A stretch of 63,535 bases of DNA, filler included. It is 15 parts of 15 records of this genome, joined end to end, with 100 filler letters (N's around TTAATTAATTAA, not from the genome) between each part and the next. Parts side by side here need not be neighbours in the genome. Positions count along the whole stretch, not along the records: positions 59,302 to 63,535 come from SRR7504441_18318; 14 more parts are not named here. One strand, given 5' to 3'. Positions within the stretch are counted from its first letter, which is position 1, and each line of letters starts with the position of its first letter. Both the position numbers and the translations under genes were made by a program. The notes under the pieces were generated by a model. That model was not told the origin of the DNA. It saw only the letters and a program-made list of their open reading frames with translations, and did not search any database. Shown piece after piece: positions 59,202-63,535 of this stretch.

Positions 59202-59301
59202 NNNNNNNNNNNNNNNNNNNNNNNNNNNNNNNNNNNNNNNNNNNNTTAATTAATTAANNNNNNNNNNNNNNNNNNNNNNNNNNNNNNNNNNNNNNNNNNN
59301 N

Positions 59302-62300
59302 CGCAAATCGACTCCAGCGCCTGCGGTGTGGCCGTCATTTCTTGCTGCTGGTCTTCTAGGACAAGGATCCCCTTGCCTGCACTTGGAACAAGACCGCCTA
59401 GCAAACTCGAGAAGTTCTCGATTGTGTCCTCGAGTGTTTCTGACATGCGCCTCGTTTTCTGCTCATTCAATCGAGCCTTCGATGATACTAAAACCTCTTG
59501 AGCTGCAGCTACTTCTGCTGCGTTCCCACGTTCTTGTGCTCTGGCTAGTGATTTCACAGCTATCTCCACGGCTTCTTGGGCTTGCTCTTCCTCACACTCC
59601 TCTCTGGTGAGTTGCCCTGCGAAGCTCTGCTTGGCTGCTGCCATGTGCTGATCTAGTGCTTCAGACATGTGACCTAGGGCTCCAGCCATATGGTCCATGA
59701 GCCCAGGCTCCTCCAGTATCTCGTTCCTAACCTGCTGGAGCTGCTCTTTCGCAGATGGCTCTCCGCCAGCGAGAACTGCGGCATTGTCTCCTTTCTGCTT
59801 GTCGATCGTGTCACGCGAGCTGCGAAGATCCACATATGCCTCGAGGAGAGCACTTTCGGCAGCTTCGACGACCTCTTTAGCTTGCTCTTCTTTCTTTTCG
59901 AGCTGTTGTTGCCTCGCCTGCTGAAGCTGAGACTTAGTTGATTTCATACCCGATCCGAGAGCTTCTGACATCTGGTCCAGCGCTCCGGACATCTGGGCCA
60001 TCAGGCCAGGCTCATAGAGTGCTCGTTTGGCCTCTGCTAGCGCCTTCTTGGCTTTTGCTAGCTGAGCCTCAGCACCAGTTACTGCCTTCTCTTCTTCGGC
60101 AGAGCCTCCTCCAGAGCGCGCTCGGTTTCGCAGCCACTGCTTTGCTGTTTCGAGTTCCTGCTCAGCATCTGCAACAGCAGCTTCCGCTTGCTTTACGCTG
60201 TCTACCACATGGTTTTGATGGGCTCCCTTGAGCTCCTCTTGCGCCACTGCTAGAGCTGCTTCGGCCTGCTCGGCCCGTCTCTCCGCAGATTGCGATTCCT
60301 GACACCGTCAATCAGACTGTCACGGGAATGTGCCAAACCAGTTCGGTGCGTTGGTCCAGAGGACTTACAATTCCGAGTGCTGGGGTAGATATTCCTGTGA
60401 GAGGACTCTGCTGTTGTACATACATCTCCAGTTCAGCAAGTACATCAGTTCCCTGCTCTCCGCCGAGGGAACCGAGGTATGCGAGACTTGCGTCCAGCTC
60501 ACGAGCTTGATCTTTGAGCTGGCTCTGTGACCAAAGTGAGAAAACAGCGCTAAAAGCCGGACCTGAAGGGCCATGTCGACCTCGACCGCTGTTGACAAAG
60601 GCACCACCTCAGTCTTTGCCGGGAATTTCTTCGTACTCGCCTCGGAACTTCCAAACAATTGCGTGATACCCCAGAACCCAAGCCCCTCTTCGCTTTGCGC
60701 TGTATCGGATGCAGTGTCTTTGTTGCGATCATCCTCTTGAGAACTCGTCTTGGGGGACAAAAATAAACTGCTGAGACCCCAAAAACTGTCATCCTCAGAC
60801 TGTCCCAACCGAGAGTCAATTGCTGTCTACCCTTCAAATCACCAATGGACTGGTAGGCCGGAAAGCATCCTCGTTTCCGGAGTCCAGGTCGGAAGCTATG
60901 CTCATTGGACTGGCTCGTTGGAAGGCATACTTATGCTCAATGCCTCCACAAAAAGGAGTCTTTCGTACACTGTCTTGTGCCTCTGACGAATCTTGCACTG
61001 TCGCACACTTGCCGTTAATAATCTAGTGCAATGCACCTGGTGGAGCTGGACTGAACAGCGCGTCGTCAATGGGAGCAAAAATTCGCTTTGACCCCGACAA
61101 CTCAGCAGCAGCCTTGTGTAAGGCCAATATCGCTTTGGCGCCTTCGCCCACCGTCAGCGCTTTTGCACCACGAATGTAGCCTGGATACAGATATCACCAA
61201 TGCACCTAGCCCTAGGCAAGACCGCCCGGGTCGACACACGAAATCCACTTGACCATACACTGATTGCTATCGCCTGGCAGTGGTGTCACGAAGGTACACT
61301 GTGCGCCCAGCGGTCAATTCATCGCGAAGTCTCAAAGCACATACCTGGAGGACCATGCGGCCTCGAATGCATTCACGTTTAGGTGTGCAAAGTAAGTTGG
61401 CTTGTTCTGTTGGGACCGAGGTGCGGACCACTATTGCGGTGGGTTTATCGGTGTCTATCCACTGGCTGAAAACGAAGTCCCTGTCACTGATGATTGGGAT
61501 GGCAACTTCACAGTGGAGCAGCTGTAACGATTCAGAAACCTTGACCAGCTCTGTCACAGTAGTATTCTTTGGAGCTCCTTGGCCGGACCTGAGTAGCATC
61601 AATATCTGTTCGCGTGATGCATTGATCACGCATTCGACTCTCACCCACACTATATTTTTTCGCTCCGCTGCACCTATCCGGTACTCGTTTGCCTCTTCGG
61701 ATGGAGACACTGCTTCCCAGCCCTGTCTCGAGTCTGCTTTGAGACACCTCTGAAGCGCATGATGCGACGTTTCCATGATCTCTTCCTCTGTGTAAGGCGT
61801 TTTAACCTCAGAAACGGATGCGGAACGCCGCGCCCGTCGCCTGCGGGTCTTGATACCCTCCCTCCTCTTCAGTTGCTCTGGCTGAGGGGTCAGCAGCCCT
61901 ATGGGCTTGGGCAGTGCTGTCAGTTGCGACATCTTATTATTCTCGACCTCAGTCGGCGACCCCTCCACTTGTGTCAAGCCAGCAAGCATCACCCAAGCTG
62001 TCTTGATCTTCCAATCCAATGCAAGCTGCTCTGCCAGTTTTGCATCTGGCCCAGGCCTGGCGACATACACAGCCATCACTCTACCTGGCCGGCCTCGCGT
62101 CTGGGTCCAAAGCAGCCCGGCCTTGAGCCGCTCCTGTGTCGCCAGGCTAAGCACGTCCTTCATCGATGCTTTCACCATCCTATAGCTCCGCTCCTCGCCA
62201 ATTTCGTCGCCCTTTTTGAGCTCGCTGTCTGCCAACGCTGGGCTGGGACTTTCCTGCAGAGCTTGACCCTCATAGCACTCTGCTCTGCATTCAGCCTCAG

Positions 62301-63321
62301 CGACACGGTCTGCACCAGCTTCCTGAGTGTCATCCCTGATCTGCCCGTGCACGGGCTGTGGATGCCCACTAGATTCAGCCGCTGCATTCACCGTTTCTCG
62401 GGCCCGATCATCCGGCTCCGGTAGACCCAGCGTCTCCAGGCCAGCCTGGCCGGCAGCCAACACCTCGCCGTGCAGCGATACCATCTCCTCAGCGTACGGC
62501 GAGCCTTCGCTCGACTGGTTACCCTGCGGTAGTTGGAAGCTACACAGCGCGGTCACCGCATGGACCTGCCGCGGGGCTCGTCCCAGCAGCGAGCCGTCGG
62601 CTCACCGCCGCGGCTGGCACTCCGCACGCGTGCGCCCCGTGCCCTGCGCAGCTGCGGAGCGTCCGGGACAGCCCGGAGGCCGCTTTTTGGGTTAGCTTCC
62701 ACTGCAACTGCCGGCTGCATGGTTTGGAGAGCCGATCTGTCCCGGTGCTCGCCACGCAACCGGGGGAGGGGGCACCGAGGTAAGTCTTGACCGTCTCCCC
62801 GATCTGGGACTGGATATTGGCGCACTGTCTCAGGTTCAGGCCGAGGCGGTGGCGGCGGTGGTGGTGGTGGTGGAAGGGGGGGGGCTCGCCTTGGGCTCGG
62901 TATCTGGGTGGGGCGGCTGGGCGACTCGGGGTGCGAGCTGGCTCGCGAGCAGTTCGGCCCGCACCCGAAGCTCCTCCAGCTGCTCGGCTGCCGCCATCGG
63001 CTTCTCCCACCGCGGTGCGAAGATCGAGGGCTGACACTCTCCTAGCCTCAACCGACCTCGTCGGCTACCCCCCTTGAGTGCCTCGCAGAGGCGTGAGCGA
63101 AGTATCAACGGTTGGCCCTGCTCCAACGACGGCAAGCTCCGCTTTGACGCTGCCTGTCGTACTGGTGGCGCTGCTCGTGGTGCTGCCTTCGTGGCTGGGG
63201 CATTCAGTTGGGCGGTTGTGGATTCCCTCCAAGCACGGTCCAGGGATTGGGCGCAGAGATGCAACTTAGCCAGGCCTCCGGGCCGGCGGAGGGATCCAGG
63301 CTGATGGGTTCCTCGCGACAA
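59302..63321 (-). CDS. START lipid-transfer domain protein with C-terminal coiled-coil repeats (3' truncated; start uncertain)
   Basis: GWEAV..VRVECVINASREQI..IPIISDRDFVF..VRTSV..P..ECIRG; downstream EPGLM..M.GAL..MSEAL repeated twice. Confidence 0.6.
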
Positions 63322-63535
63322 ACGCCTGTCACGGACGAATATGCGGGGTGTGGTTTGGTGACGATCCGAAGGAGTCAGACGCCCACTGTTGCGCCCACCA
63401 CCCGGATCTTGTTGGTGCAGGTTGGTTGTGCATGCCTGACATCAGCAGTGTGAGCAACAACAACGACGTAAAGAAGCCGTTCGGACTTCTTCTAAGAAGC
63501 TCAGAAAATGGCTCGTTGTCTCTGCTTCCTAGTTC

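Noticed and set aside
1-63535. Alternative genetic code or frameshifting to explain fragmented ORFs; rRNA/tRNA genes
   Set aside because: The breaks I examined are resolved by short GT/GC-AG introns, except the single Sec UGA and the Sel1/RING break. No rRNA or tRNA was recognised by eye.

Overview
The window is about 15 unrelated contigs (3-8 kb each) joined by an artificial N/TTAATTAATTAA/N spacer. They come from a GC-rich, gene-dense microbial eukaryote, probably a heterotrophic protist, with many tiny spliceosomal introns (mostly 36-45 nt, several GC-AG). These introns fragment the ORF track, so genes were reassembled by hand-splicing; family calls come from motif recognition, not database searches. 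Highlights: (1) a two-domain sulfurtransferase with an in-frame TGA exactly at the catalytic Cys and a type-II SECIS hairpin just downstream, i.e. a predicted selenoprotein; (2) an 8-TM microbial rhodopsin with the retinal Lys intact, fused to PAS and a histidine kinase; (3) a family of sequence-related ~40-55 nt introns (introner-like) in several unrelated genes; (4) a FYVE-SNARE-PH-like-SNARE protein invisible in the ORF track; (5) an uncharacterised Rossmann/YxxxK domain spliced in frame to the VLCFA dehydratase HACD; (6) a C2-UBA-pseudo-metacaspase. The rest is housekeeping, chromatin-reader and secreted hydrolase genes.
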